From Parachlamydiales bacterium (GTDB lineage: Bacteria > Chlamydiota > Chlamydiia > Chlamydiales > Parachlamydiaceae), in assembly GCA_020051075.1 (NCBI GenBank), contig JAGVJP010000032.1, forward strand, positions 1-46,819: a stretch of 46,819 bases of DNA, read 5' to 3'. Made by a program: the position numbers and the translations under genes. A model generated the notes under the pieces. It saw only the letters and a program-made list of their open reading frames with translations, did no database searches and was not told the DNA's origin. This document shows, in pieces, positions 18,812 through 28,694 of this stretch. Every line of letters begins with the position of its first letter. Position 1 is the stretch's first letter.

Positions 18812-19111
18812 ATGGATATCTCATTGATGATTTGTATGAGCTTTGCGATGTTTACGATTGGCATCATTGGTGTATTGGTGAAAAGAAATCCTCTCGTCTT
18901 CTTCTTATCCATTGAGTTGATGCTCAACGCCGCTAACCTCCTCTTCATTGCTTTTGCCTATCAATGGGGAAATCAAATTGGATTGGCTTGGGTGTTTTTT
19001 GTCCTCGTTGTTGCAGCAGCTGAAGCAGCTGTAGGATTGGCGATCATTATCAGTCTATTCCGTGCGAAACAGAAAGTTGATATTGATCAGTATAATGAAT
19101 TAAGAGGGTAA
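18812..19111 (+). CDS. nuoK: NADH-quinone oxidoreductase subunit K
   Basis: SIELMLNAANL, AAAEAAVGLAI. Confidence 0.96.
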   Translation: MDISLMICMSFAMFTIGIIGVLVKRNPLVFFLSIELMLNAANLLFIAFAYQWGNQIGLAWVFFVLVVAAAEAAVGLAIIISLFRAKQKVDIDQYNELRG

Positions 19112-19112
19112 T

Positions 19113-20990
19113 ATGAGCGTTCTTGTTTACCTAGGGCTGTTTTTACCGCTGGCAGGTTTTCTTACAATCATGGCTGCTTCAAATTCAATCAGCCGTAAAG
19201 CTGCCGGCACCATCGCTTGTTCAACACTCGGCATCGCATTTATCTGTTTTTCCATGACTTTATTCCATTATATCAACAGCGGGATGATAGAACAGTCTTA
19301 TATGCTATACAAGTGGATTCCTGTCGAAAAAATCGACGCCAATTTTACCCTCTATGTCGATTCTATTTCTATTTTGATGACGCTGATTATCACTGGAGTC
19401 GGGTTCCTCATCCATCTCTATTCCAATGGATATATGAGCCATGATGAAGATTATGCCCGCTATTTCGCCTGCATGAATTTCTTTGTTTTTTCGATGCTTC
19501 TTCTTGTCCTTGCTGGCGATTTCGTCCTCTTCTTTGTGGGATGGGAAGGGGTGGGCCTTGCCTCTTATCTTCTCATCGGCTTTTATTATGACCGTCCTGC
19601 TGCGGCCCAGGCTGCAACAAAAGCATTTGTCATCAACCGGATAGGGGATTTGGGATTATTGTTAGGACTGTTACTCACATTCAAATTATTCGGCACTTCA
19701 AACATGAGTGATATTTCCCATATGGCTAAAGAGCAGTTTGCTGTAGGGGCGCCTATCATCACCTTGCTGACCCTTCTCTACTTCGTTGGCGCCACAGGAA
19801 AATCGGCACAGATCCCGCTCTATACATGGTTGCCCGATGCCATGGAAGGTCCAACCCCTGTCTCTGCATTAATCCACGCTGCAACGATGGTGACTGCAGG
19901 GGTATATCTTGTCGTCCGGATGGAAAATCTCTTCTTATTGTCTCCGATCACCATGATGATTGTTGGAATCATTGGTGGAGTGACCTCTCTTTATGCTGCC
20001 ATTTGCGCCATCGGACAGACCGACCTCAAGCGTGTCCTTGCCTACTCTACCGTCAGCCAGTTGGGACTCATGTTTTTGGCTTGCGGAACTGGTGCATTCT
20101 ATTCCGCGATGTTCCATCTGACCGCCCATGCCTTCATCAAAGCACTGCTGTTCCTTTCTGCTGGAAATATCGTTCATATGATGAATGGAGAAACAGAAAT
20201 GGCTAAGATGGGAGGGTTGGCTAAAATATTTAAGACGACAAATTGGCTATTTTTACTCGGTGTTTTGGCCTTGTCCGGCATTCCCCCTTTCGCCGCTTTT
20301 TTCAGCAAAGATTTAATCTTAGAACAAGAATGGCTGTCAGGATTCCATACACTATTTTATATCGGCCTTGCTGCTTGTATATTGACAGGGTTCTATCTGA
20401 CTCGTGCCTATTGTTTAACATTTTTAGGCCCTCTCAATTTAAAAGATGAGAACATCAAAAATGCTAAAGAAGCTCCATCGATTATGCTGGTTCCTGTGAA
20501 AATATTAGCTGTCCTTGCCACCATCGGCGGTTTTCTCGGCTTCACCTTTGCTACCCGTCCGCTGCTTGAATACTTCCTCATCGACGATGTCCATATCACC
20601 CTCCCTGAGGAAGAATTAAGAAGTGGTTTCATTATTACTCCGGAAACATGGTTCACAGTTTCTGGTGCCATCTTGGCTGTCGTCAGTGCCTATTTTATCT
20701 ATACACGCTATGCTAAACGGCTTCAGGGGTCTCTGATGTTCTTAAAGAATTCGTGTTATGTCAATGAGCTGTATTGGAATTTGATTGCACAGCCTTTAAA
20801 AGCTGTGGCTCAATGGATCAAGGATGTCTTTGAACCAAATGTTATTGACCAATCAGTGAATGGCATTGTTCATGCGACACAAGGCACTGCTAGCTGGTTT
20901 CAGAGAATGCAGAGCGGTCAGATTCGTTCGTATGTCGCTTGGATGGTTTTAGGGTCCGTTTTATTGATTGCCTATTTTGTAGTTTTTTAA
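19113..20990 (+). CDS. nuoL: NADH-quinone oxidoreductase subunit L
   Basis: GWEGVGLASYLLIGF, GKSAQIPLYTWLPDAMEGPTPVSALIHAATMV. Confidence 0.97.
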   Translation: MSVLVYLGLFLPLAGFLTIMAASNSISRKAAGTIACSTLGIAFICFSMTLFHYINSGMIEQSYMLYKWIPVEKIDANFTLYVDSISILMTLIITGVGFLIHLYSNGYMSHDEDYARYFACMNFFVFSMLLLVLAGDFVLFFVGWEGVGLASYLLIGFYYDRPAAAQAATKAFVINRIGDLGLLLGLLLTFKLFGTSNMSDISHMAKEQFAVGAPIITLLTLLYFVGATGKSAQIPLYTWLPDAMEGPTPVSALIHAATMVTAGVYLVVRMENLFLLSPITMMIVGIIGGVTSLYAAICAIGQTDLKRVLAYSTVSQLGLMFLACGTGAFYSAMFHLTAHAFIKALLFLSAGNIVHMMNGETEMAKMGGLAKIFKTTNWLFLLGVLALSGIPPFAAFFSKDLILEQEWLSGFHTLFYIGLAACILTGFYLTRAYCLTFLGPLNLKDENIKNAKEAPSIMLVPVKILAVLATIGGFLGFTFATRPLLEYFLIDDVHITLPEEELRSGFIITPETWFTVSGAILAVVSAYFIYTRYAKRLQGSLMFLKNSCYVNELYWNLIAQPLKAVAQWIKDVFEPNVIDQSVNGIVHATQGTASWFQRMQSGQIRSYVAWMVLGSVLLIAYFVVF

Positions 20991-20999
20991 GGAAGATTC

Positions 21000-22448
21000 A
21001 TGTCGAACCTATTGCTATTATTCATTATCCCTTTGCTTGCATCGGCCTCCATGTTTTTGTTTAGTTTCTATCCAACGAGGAACTTGAAAACCATCGCAGC
21101 AGTTCTGAGCTTCATTCCCCTCGCTGTCTTAATCGCAGGCATTGGTCAGTGGATCGGCTTATCTATTGACTATCCATGGCTTCCTGCCCTTGGAATTAAC
21201 TTCCATTTAGAAGTGGATGGAGTCTCTCTGCTCTTCTTGTTTTTGACTGCAGCAATCGTCCCCGTCAGCATCTTGGCTGAACAGAATCCTTCAAAGCCTT
21301 ATTTCTACTATGGCTTGGTCTTCTTATTGGAAGCTTTTCTGTTTGGGTTTTTCACCTCTCGCGACCTGGTTGTGTTCACCCTTTTCTGGGAGGCGATGCT
21401 TCTTCCTATGTATTTTGTCATCGCTGTATGGGGAGCGGCCGAGAAGGGGCATGCTGCAGCACTGAAATTCTTAATCTATATGATCGCTGGTTCAGTCCTC
21501 ATGGTCGCTGCTGTATTAGCCCTCTATTTCACTGCTGGAGGCACCTTCGATCTCAATCTCCTGGCTAAATCAGCCTCTTCATCTCCTGCGGCCCCTTGGA
21601 TCTGTGCAATTTTCCTTTTAGCTTTTGCTGTGAAGACCCCGCTATTTCCTTTTCATGCATGGCTCCCTGACGCCTATTGTGAAGCTTCGTTAGGGGGGAC
21701 AATACTCCTTTCAGGGCTTCTATCCAAGGCTGGAATCTACGGCATTTTCAGAATTGGCTTTTTCTTATTCCCGACTTACATCGAAGAGTGGAGCCCTGTT
21801 TTGCTGCCTCTTTCAGTGGCGGGGGTATTATATGCCGCTCTAGCAGCATGGCGTCAGACTGACTACAAAAGGCTCATTGCTTATTCCAGCTTGTCGCATG
21901 TCAATTTTATTCTTGCTGGGTTGTTTATCTGGAGCGAGACTGCCCATTCAGGAGCCATTCTACAAGCATTGAATCATGGCATAACCATTACCGCTCTCTT
22001 CCTTGTTGCAGGATGGCTGCAGCAGCGGATCAAGACAACGCAGATTGATTTCTACACTGGCGTTGCAAAATATCTTCCCCATCTATGCTGGCTGACGTTA
22101 ATTTTTGTTTTATCAACCGTGGGTCTCCCTGGAATGAATAATTTCATCGGCGAGTTGATGATTCTCTTCGGTGTTTTTGAAGAGAATCCGTGGAGTGCGG
22201 CCCTGCTTGGATTGACAGTCATCTTATCGGTTGTCTATATGTTGAGATGGATGCAGAAGCTCTATTTTGATCAGTCCAATGCATTTAACCCCCAATGGAA
22301 AGATCTTTCACCTTCAGAATTTGCATTGGCGACCCCTTTAGTCATCTTAGTGCTGTTGTTAGGGCTTTACCCGTCGCCGATCTTGAAGCAAATCGAACCC
22401 ACGGTCCAAACAGCTGTGACTAACGAAAAATTTGAGGAAAACCAATGA
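21000..22448 (+). CDS. nuoM: NADH-quinone oxidoreductase subunit M
   Basis: FWEAMLLPMY, AFAVKTPLFPFHAWLPDA, KRLIAYSSLSH. Confidence 0.96.
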   Translation: MSNLLLLFIIPLLASASMFLFSFYPTRNLKTIAAVLSFIPLAVLIAGIGQWIGLSIDYPWLPALGINFHLEVDGVSLLFLFLTAAIVPVSILAEQNPSKPYFYYGLVFLLEAFLFGFFTSRDLVVFTLFWEAMLLPMYFVIAVWGAAEKGHAAALKFLIYMIAGSVLMVAAVLALYFTAGGTFDLNLLAKSASSSPAAPWICAIFLLAFAVKTPLFPFHAWLPDAYCEASLGGTILLSGLLSKAGIYGIFRIGFFLFPTYIEEWSPVLLPLSVAGVLYAALAAWRQTDYKRLIAYSSLSHVNFILAGLFIWSETAHSGAILQALNHGITITALFLVAGWLQQRIKTTQIDFYTGVAKYLPHLCWLTLIFVLSTVGLPGMNNFIGELMILFGVFEENPWSAALLGLTVILSVVYMLRWMQKLYFDQSNAFNPQWKDLSPSEFALATPLVILVLLLGLYPSPILKQIEPTVQTAVTNEKFEENQ

Positions 22449-23890
22449 ATACCGTCACATTATCATCAGTTGACTTTGCTGCTCTCAGCCCGATGATCAT
22501 CATCTTATTGGCGGCTTTAGGGGTGATCCTAATCGAATGCTTCCTTGCAAAAGCCAAGAATACAACCCTGTTCTTTTTTACATTAGGCTCCCTTATCCTT
22601 GCTAGCATTGCTGCTGCAATCGCACCACAAAGTGACAACCCTTTGTTGAATCCTTGGCTGATGTTCGACCCCCTTGCCCGTTTTTTTACACTCTTTTTCA
22701 TTTTCATCGGAATCGCTATCACGCTTCTATCCGTCCCTTTTTTCCGCCGTTTTGAGGTCACTCATGGTGAGTATTACTTTCTCTTGCTCTCAGGACTCTT
22801 TGGCTTGATTTTAATCGGAGCTGCAGCTGACTTTTTGACCCTTTTTCTTGGGATTGAAACGTTGTCGCTTTCTCTGTATGTTTTGTGCGCTTACGTCAAA
22901 AAATGGAAGCTTGCTCAAGAGGCATCGATGAAGTACTTCCTCATGGGGGCGCTAGCAGCAGCATTTCTTCTCTACGGGATTGCTCTGATCTACGGCGCTG
23001 TAGGGACAACACAATTTAGTCCATTGCTCCAGCTGTTTCTCTCGATTTCAACTTCAACGGATCAGCTGCTGTTTATGGGAGGGATTGGCTTAGTCACCCT
23101 TGGGTTGATGTTCAAAGCAAGCATTGTCCCATTCCACCTCTGGGCGCCCGATGCTTATGATGGCGCGCCTACTCCTGTCACTGCTTTTATGGCTATAGGG
23201 ACTAAGGTGGGAGCGTTTGCAGCGTTAGCCCGCGTATTCTTAGTCGCCCTTCCTCAGTTTAGCCTCCATTGGAATGAATGCATTGCTCTGTTGGCTTTCC
23301 CGACGTTGATCTATGCTAATTATGTTGCGATGAAGCAGAAGCAGCTCCGACGGTTTTTTGCTTACTCAGGAATAGCTCAAGCAGGGTTTCTTCTGATTCC
23401 ATTAGCAGCCGGGACGCCGGATGCTCTCACAGCGCTGCTGTTTTATCTTGTCATCTATGCATTTGCTACCTTTGGCTGCTTCGCCGGGTTGGCTTTTCTG
23501 GATAACAGCAGCGATGGGGTGATGCTCGGAGACCTCAAAGGGTTGTTTTACAGATCTCCTTGGCTGGCTGGGATGATGACTATTTGCCTGTTGACATTGG
23601 CGGGGATTCCCCCTACCGCTGGATTTTTTGGGAAGTTTTACCTCTTTAAAGTCGCTTTTGAAGCACACTACTACGCCCTAGCGATAGTGGGACTTATTGT
23701 GACAATTTTATCAGCTTATTACTATACCCGCATTGCGGCGTTGATGTTTTCAGCCCCTGCCTCTGAGCAACAGCCTGTGGCATCTTCCTGGCCGGCTTCT
23801 ATTGTAGGAGCGGTTTCTTTGGCGGCATTATTATTTCTTGCGTTATATCCTTCGCCACTCATGACTTTCTTGTCAGAGCTTAGTTTATAA
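22445..23890 (+). CDS. nuoN: NADH-quinone oxidoreductase subunit N
   Basis: EASMKYF, FKASIVPFHLWAPDAYDGAP, LAGIPPTAGFFGK. Confidence 0.96.
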   Translation: MNTVTLSSVDFAALSPMIIILLAALGVILIECFLAKAKNTTLFFFTLGSLILASIAAAIAPQSDNPLLNPWLMFDPLARFFTLFFIFIGIAITLLSVPFFRRFEVTHGEYYFLLLSGLFGLILIGAAADFLTLFLGIETLSLSLYVLCAYVKKWKLAQEASMKYFLMGALAAAFLLYGIALIYGAVGTTQFSPLLQLFLSISTSTDQLLFMGGIGLVTLGLMFKASIVPFHLWAPDAYDGAPTPVTAFMAIGTKVGAFAALARVFLVALPQFSLHWNECIALLAFPTLIYANYVAMKQKQLRRFFAYSGIAQAGFLLIPLAAGTPDALTALLFYLVIYAFATFGCFAGLAFLDNSSDGVMLGDLKGLFYRSPWLAGMMTICLLTLAGIPPTAGFFGKFYLFKVAFEAHYYALAIVGLIVTILSAYYYTRIAALMFSAPASEQQPVASSWPASIVGAVSLAALLFLALYPSPLMTFLSELSL

Positions 23891-24013
23891 GAAAGTTGTT
23901 TTCGATTTTTCTGATTCAATATTATAATTAAAACTATTTAATTCGATTGATTTTTATTGTTAACCATGTTAATTTTTTTTCGTTGAATAACCAATAAAAA
24001 GAGAGGTGTTGTA

Positions 24014-24316
24014 GTGTGTAAGATTGGATTATTAGTTGTTTCCTATTCTCAGGATTTAGAGGCACATTTTTTGCCTGTCGCTCAGTTAACCGAGAAGTTG
24101 AATAGACTCATTTTCGTTTCCGTTCTGCTATCCACTGTTTTGGGTCTAGCGCTTCTTCGTACAGCTCCACAAACGACGGCAAATCGTATTTTCAAAGTTG
24201 GATTTGCAGGTTTTGGTACCCTCGCGGCTTTAATCACACTCTATGGTCTTGTAAAAATATATCAAGCAAGTCAAGCGATTCGGACATCCGTCGATACAAC
24301 TTCCCCGCACAGATAA
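24014..24316 (+). CDS. Small hydrophobic-hairpin (Inc-like) protein, paralog A
   Basis: Two hydrophobic segments around LLRTAPQTTANRIFKVGFAGFGTLAAL; clear paralog of 28926 and 29627; RBS GAGAGG before GTG. Confidence 0.7.
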   Translation: MCKIGLLVVSYSQDLEAHFLPVAQLTEKLNRLIFVSVLLSTVLGLALLRTAPQTTANRIFKVGFAGFGTLAALITLYGLVKIYQASQAIRTSVDTTSPHR

Positions 24317-24393
24317 ACAGGATAGGGATGATGGTGCGTAAAGATATTTGCTATCTTGCCCTATCCGTTAAAAAATGACAGGATATGAAGGAT

Positions 24394-24430
24394 TTTATGT
24401 TTTTGATAAAAAACATAAATATGCTAAAAT
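24394..24430 (+). promoter_or_regulatory. TA promoter with overlapping palindromic operator
   Basis: TTTATGTTTTT-gata-AAAAACATAAA inverted repeat over the -35 TTGATA; TG-C-TAAAAT -10 at 16-nt spacing. Confidence 0.55.
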
Positions 24431-24455
24431 AAAAGAAAGGAAAAGGGGATAACGT

Positions 24456-24713
24456 ATGGCTGCACATCATCAAGATCATACAAGATTAACTTTCGAGTTA
24501 CCTGTGATCGATCATAAAAAATTAAAGGCACTTGCTGCTCTTTCTGGAATTTCTTTGAAAGATCTTATTCTGACATGTCTTCGAGAAAATCTATTGAGTG
24601 AAAACGAACCCAACGAAGAGACAATCAAGGTCTTTCAAGATACTGATCAAAGAAAAAAACTCGTTCGATACAAAAACGCCGATGATTTAATTGATAAACT
24701 TGGTCTTAAATAA
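24456..24713 (+). CDS. Type II antitoxin (ribbon-helix-helix N-terminus, DinJ/RelB-like C-terminus)
   Basis: RLTFEL..HKKLKALAALSGISLKDLI (RHH-like) and PNEETIK..YKNADDLIDKL; overlaps the toxin start (TAATG). Confidence 0.75.
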   Translation: MAAHHQDHTRLTFELPVIDHKKLKALAALSGISLKDLILTCLRENLLSENEPNEETIKVFQDTDQRKKLVRYKNADDLIDKLGLK

Positions 24714-24982
24714 TGTTGGAAGTCTTTACTACAACAAAATTTGATAAAGAGGTGGAAATTGCTAGAAAAAGAGGGAAGGAATTGGCCAAACTTGGAGATA
24801 TAATCAAGAAATTATCTAATGAAGAGCCGTTAGATCAAAAACATCGCAATCACAAATTAAAAAGGAATTATCAAGGCCGGTGGGAATGTCATGTAGAACC
24901 AGACTGGTTATTAGTCTATTGCAAAACAAAAACTGAAATTGTTTTTGAAAGGACTGGATCACATGCAGATTTATTTAAATAA
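24713..24982 (+). CDS. YafQ-family mRNA interferase toxin (RelE superfamily)
   Basis: HRNHKL, WECHVEPDWLLVY, RTGSHADLF. Confidence 0.92.
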   Translation: MLEVFTTTKFDKEVEIARKRGKELAKLGDIIKKLSNEEPLDQKHRNHKLKRNYQGRWECHVEPDWLLVYCKTKTEIVFERTGSHADLFK

Positions 24983-24995
24983 AATTTTTTTTTGA

Positions 24996-25060
24996 TCATC
25001 ATTATCTTTCTTATCCTGCTTATCCTGCCGCTCGCGATCTTGCCTATCCTGTTTTTTTTG
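24996..25060 (-). repeat. CAGGATAGG-repeat arm, near-copy of 36627-36694
   Basis: Reverse complement CAAAAAAAACAGGATAGGCAAGATCGCGAGCGGCAGGATAAGCAGGATAAGAAAGATAATGAT versus CAAAAAACAGGATAGGTAGGATCGCTTCGCGGCAGGATAGGCAGGATAAGAAAGATAATGAT. Confidence 0.8.
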
Positions 25061-25125
25061 TTTTGAGAAGTTACGGTTTATTTTTTTATGTTTTTGCTTA
25101 TCACTGTTTTTTGCCTATCATTGTT

Positions 25126-25698
25126 CTACCATATGTCGAATCCAAAGGCGAGGAATCCGCCAAAAGTCCCTGTGAGGTTGAGGCAGATAAAAAGAGCAGC
25201 GAGAACGAAGTAATAAGCAGTGAGTGAATTTGTGTATTGTCTTGAATAACGCTCTCTTAGAAATGCTGCGATCAGAACCAGCCCCGTTGTCATCAAACCG
25301 AAATAACGGTGCCATTCAAAAAGGTCTAGAGAGAGTCCTTCATAGGGGACTTGATAGGACAAGGCCAAGCCAAGCAGTGCGGTCATCGGGGCAAACACAG
25401 CGGCAGAAACGATCATGAAGCGGGCTGCGTGGTCGAAGATGACTTTCCGCTGCCAAACCAGGAGCCATTCCGCCAAGACCGTCATGACGATCAATGCAAT
25501 GGGAAAATGGACGAAGAGAAGGTGGAATCGACCGATCCAGTTGATGACGTTCACAAGAGTGAGTTCATCGCTAGTCGTAGGAGGGTTCGATAGCGCTGTA
25601 GACAAAATCTGAGACTCTATCAGTTGATTTCCTTGATGTGCTTCGATCTGTCCGGCAAGCGAGAGTAAAATCAACAAAAGAAAAGTGATTTTTTGCAT
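25126..25698 (-). CDS. DUF2231-like membrane protein with N-terminal signal peptide
   Basis: GRFHLLFVHFPIAL, WHRYFG, LTGTFGGFL; 4 TM segments. Confidence 0.7.
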   Translation of the reverse strand: MQKITFLLLILLSLAGQIEAHQGNQLIESQILSTALSNPPTTSDELTLVNVINWIGRFHLLFVHFPIALIVMTVLAEWLLVWQRKVIFDHAARFMIVSAAVFAPMTALLGLALSYQVPYEGLSLDLFEWHRYFGLMTTGLVLIAAFLRERYSRQYTNSLTAYYFVLAALFICLNLTGTFGGFLAFGFDIW

Positions 25699-25701
25699 AA
25701 G

Positions 25702-27342
25702 TTATTCCTTTTTTACCCATCCTTGCACGATCGGAAATCTTCTGCCAACGGAGAAAGCCTTTTCGGATACTCTCAAAGAAGGGGGGGATTGCCTTCGTTT
25801 ATACTCGTTGTCATGAATTCTCTTCACCAAGTCTTTGACTAAAGAAAGAGGATAATGATATTTCTCTGCAATCTCTTCAGGCGATTGGTGCTCTTCGACA
25901 TAGGCTTGCAGGACCTGGTCGATGATAGCATAGTCAGGCAAGGTGTCGGAGTCTTTTTGGTTTGGACGGAGTTCTGCTGAGGGCGCCCGTTCGATGGTAC
26001 GGCGAGGGATGAGTTCTCCACGCCGATTGATCCATTCTGCCAAGGCGTACACTTGCTGTTTGGTGAGGTCGCCCAAGACAGCTAATCCTCCGCACATGTC
26101 GCCATATAGGGTCGAATATCCCATGGCAAGTTCGCTTTTATTTCCAGTGCTCAAGACGAGATACCCGAATTTATTGGAGAATGCCATCAGGAGCATCCCA
26201 CGAATCCGCGCTTGTAGATTTTCTTCTGTGGTGTCGGCGGGCTGGTCGACAAAACTGGGGGCGAGGAGGGCAAGGTAGCTTTTAAAGGGCTCTTCGATTG
26301 ACAGCATTTGATAGTCGATGCCGAGCCGTTCAGCGAGCAGAGTTGCATCGGTGATGCTATCGGGAGACGTATATCTTGAGGGCATCTCTATAGCTAAGAT
26401 ATGGCTTTTATCTAATGCCGCAGTGGCAAGGCAGGCGACGACCGCCGAGTCAATGCCCCCTGAAAGGCCCAAACAGGCCTTCTTAAATCCTAATTTATTG
26501 AAGTAGTCTCTGATGCCGAGGACTAATGCGTCGTAGAGGTCTGCAATGGGAGACTGGGAGAGCAAGAGGGGTTGAGATGGCTTGTCGAGGTCGACTGAAA
26601 GGAAGTCTTCTTTAAAGCCTCGAGAGATTTTTTTTATCCCTTCTTTATCTGCATAGAGGCTATAGCCGTCAAAGATTAGGCTGTCATTCCCCCCAACTTG
26701 GTTGCACATGATCACCGGACATTCAAGCGAACGGGCAGTTTTGCAGAAAACCTCCATTCGTTTGGGGAACTTGTTTAGGCTGTAGGGGGAGGCTGACAGG
26801 TTGATCATGCACGTCAGGCGATGCTGGTGAAGTTCTTGGATGGGATCCCTCGCGTAGGTCATCATCTGGAGAAGGCCGCTGTGCTGCCAGGCATCTTCGC
26901 ATATCGTCACACCGATCGTCCATTCGTTCAGATTCCAGATTGCCGCAGAGGTTCCAGGTTCGAAATAGCGCCTCTCATCGAAAACATCATAGGTGGGAAG
27001 GAGGATTTTATCGGCATATCCCTCTAGCTGGCCGTCGTGAATCAACGCTGCACTATTGTGCAGCCTTTTCCCTGAAACGCTTTTCGTCTCGCGGGGCAAC
27101 CCTACAACAGCAGCGATCCCTTTCGTGGCTTTGACGATGATGTCTAGATGCTTTGCGACAGCATCAATAAAGTGAGGGAGGAGGAGGAAGTCTTCGGGAG
27201 GGTATCCGCATAAAGCCAATTCCGGGAAGAGGACGAGGTCTGCTTGATCTTGCCGCGCGATCTCTATGGCATGGAGAATCTTCTCAGTGTTTCGTTTGAG
27301 ATCTCCAATCGTCGGGTTTATTTGTGCTGCAATGATGCGCAT
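25702..27342 (-). CDS. nadE: Glutamine-dependent NAD+ synthetase
   Basis: Nitrilase domain (FPEL..GYPPED, K..LPTYDVFDE, ICED) plus GLSGGIDS, ENLQARIRG, GNKSE, PSAELRPNQKDSD. Confidence 0.96.
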   Translation of the reverse strand: MRIIAAQINPTIGDLKRNTEKILHAIEIARQDQADLVLFPELALCGYPPEDFLLLPHFIDAVAKHLDIIVKATKGIAAVVGLPRETKSVSGKRLHNSAALIHDGQLEGYADKILLPTYDVFDERRYFEPGTSAAIWNLNEWTIGVTICEDAWQHSGLLQMMTYARDPIQELHQHRLTCMINLSASPYSLNKFPKRMEVFCKTARSLECPVIMCNQVGGNDSLIFDGYSLYADKEGIKKISRGFKEDFLSVDLDKPSQPLLLSQSPIADLYDALVLGIRDYFNKLGFKKACLGLSGGIDSAVVACLATAALDKSHILAIEMPSRYTSPDSITDATLLAERLGIDYQMLSIEEPFKSYLALLAPSFVDQPADTTEENLQARIRGMLLMAFSNKFGYLVLSTGNKSELAMGYSTLYGDMCGGLAVLGDLTKQQVYALAEWINRRGELIPRRTIERAPSAELRPNQKDSDTLPDYAIIDQVLQAYVEEHQSPEEIAEKYHYPLSLVKDLVKRIHDNEYKRRQSPPSLRVSEKAFSVGRRFPIVQGWVKKE

Positions 27343-27356
27343 GGATGACCTGATGC

Positions 27357-28694
27357 CTAGCTTCCAAAGTCATCGAGCACGATGCTTTCTCTGGGCACTC
27401 CGTAGTCGTCTAACAGTTTGAGGATGCTTTTATTGTGCATGGGAGGACCGCAGACATAGAACAGCGACTCTTCAGGATATTCCATGTGCTTGAGCTGTCC
27501 TTCTTCGAAGGCTTTGAACAGAAAATTTGTCTTCACAGGATCTTTTGATGGCCATCCTGCTTCGATATCTTCTGGCAAGGGCTCGGAAAGGACGAGTCGG
27601 TAAGAGAAATTAGGGAATTTTTTCTCGAGATCTTCATACTCTTTCTGATAGATATTTTCCTTTATAGACCGTGCGCCATACCAGAGCGTCACTTTTCTTT
27701 TGGTATTTGCTGTATAGAAGAGATGGAGGATATGGCTGCGGCCAAACGACGAACCTGCCCCGCCGATCAGGAAGACAAGTTCCCGTTCATCGTTAATCAT
27801 AAACGATTCCCCATACGGTCCTGAAAGGCGCACTTTATCGCCCGGCTTCAACGAAAACGAGTAGCTGGAGCAAATGCCCCAGGGGATTTCCTGGTCCATT
27901 TTGCCATTGACAAATGGAGGTGTGGCAATCCGGATGTTGAAGAGGAGCTTCCGCCCTTCTGCTGGGTATGATGCCATCGAATAGGCTCGTATCACTTCAG
28001 TGGGAGGGGAAGGGAGGTGGCTGAAATCGAGCTGATGGCCAAAGAGTTTAAATTTCTCCCAGTCGGCGTAGTAGATCGGGTCCATCGTCCCTTTCCATTC
28101 TTCAGAGTTAGTGACGAAAGGGGGGACATGGAATTGTAAATATCCGCCTGAGTGGTAGGGGACCTCTTCACCTTCAGGGATCTCTACGACGAGTTCTTTA
28201 ATGAAGGTGGCGACATTGTTGTTGCTGACGACGGTAGCCATCCATTCTTTGACTCCAAGGGCATGTTCGTCCACTTCGACGTGGAGGTCTCCTTTGACTT
28301 TAGCTTGGCAGGAGAGGCGCCATCCTTCGTTCACCTGCTTTTTTGAGAACGTGTCCATATCGGTTTGCAGCGGTGGAGTTGCCCCTTCAATGATTTTTAT
28401 TTTGCATTGTTTGCAAGTCGCTTTCCCCCCGCAAGGAGAGGGGATGGGGATCCCATGGGAGGTGAGGGCATTGAGCAGAGTCCCTCCGCCTGGAGTGTGG
28501 ATGGTGAGTGTGTCGTCAGTATTGATTTTGATGGTGCACATCTCCGAGCTGACAAATTTTGTCCTGGTGAAAAGGATTAAACCTGCTAAGCCCACTCCGA
28601 TGACGATAAAAGCAATAATGGCGTAGAGGGTGAGGAGAGGGTCGATGCCCCAGAACGTGTCCAGTATGAAGAGAGTGTGTTGTGCTGCGTGCAT
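27357..28694 (-). CDS. nqrF: Na+-translocating NADH:quinone reductase subunit F
   Basis: SPCGGKATCKQC, RLSCQ, RAYSMASYPAE, GGAGSS, VCGPP, DDFGS end; start moved to ATG 28694 (RBS TAAGGA). Confidence 0.93.
   Translation of the reverse strand: MHAAQHTLFILDTFWGIDPLLTLYAIIAFIVIGVGLAGLILFTRTKFVSSEMCTIKINTDDTLTIHTPGGGTLLNALTSHGIPIPSPCGGKATCKQCKIKIIEGATPPLQTDMDTFSKKQVNEGWRLSCQAKVKGDLHVEVDEHALGVKEWMATVVSNNNVATFIKELVVEIPEGEEVPYHSGGYLQFHVPPFVTNSEEWKGTMDPIYYADWEKFKLFGHQLDFSHLPSPPTEVIRAYSMASYPAEGRKLLFNIRIATPPFVNGKMDQEIPWGICSSYSFSLKPGDKVRLSGPYGESFMINDERELVFLIGGAGSSFGRSHILHLFYTANTKRKVTLWYGARSIKENIYQKEYEDLEKKFPNFSYRLVLSEPLPEDIEAGWPSKDPVKTNFLFKAFEEGQLKHMEYPEESLFYVCGPPMHNKSILKLLDDYGVPRESIVLDDFGS

Noticed and set aside
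8631..23919. Many 60-130 aa ORFs nested in or antisense to nuo genes (likewise within nadE, nqrF and the atp genes)
   Set aside because: Fully overlap well-conserved genes and show no independent motifs
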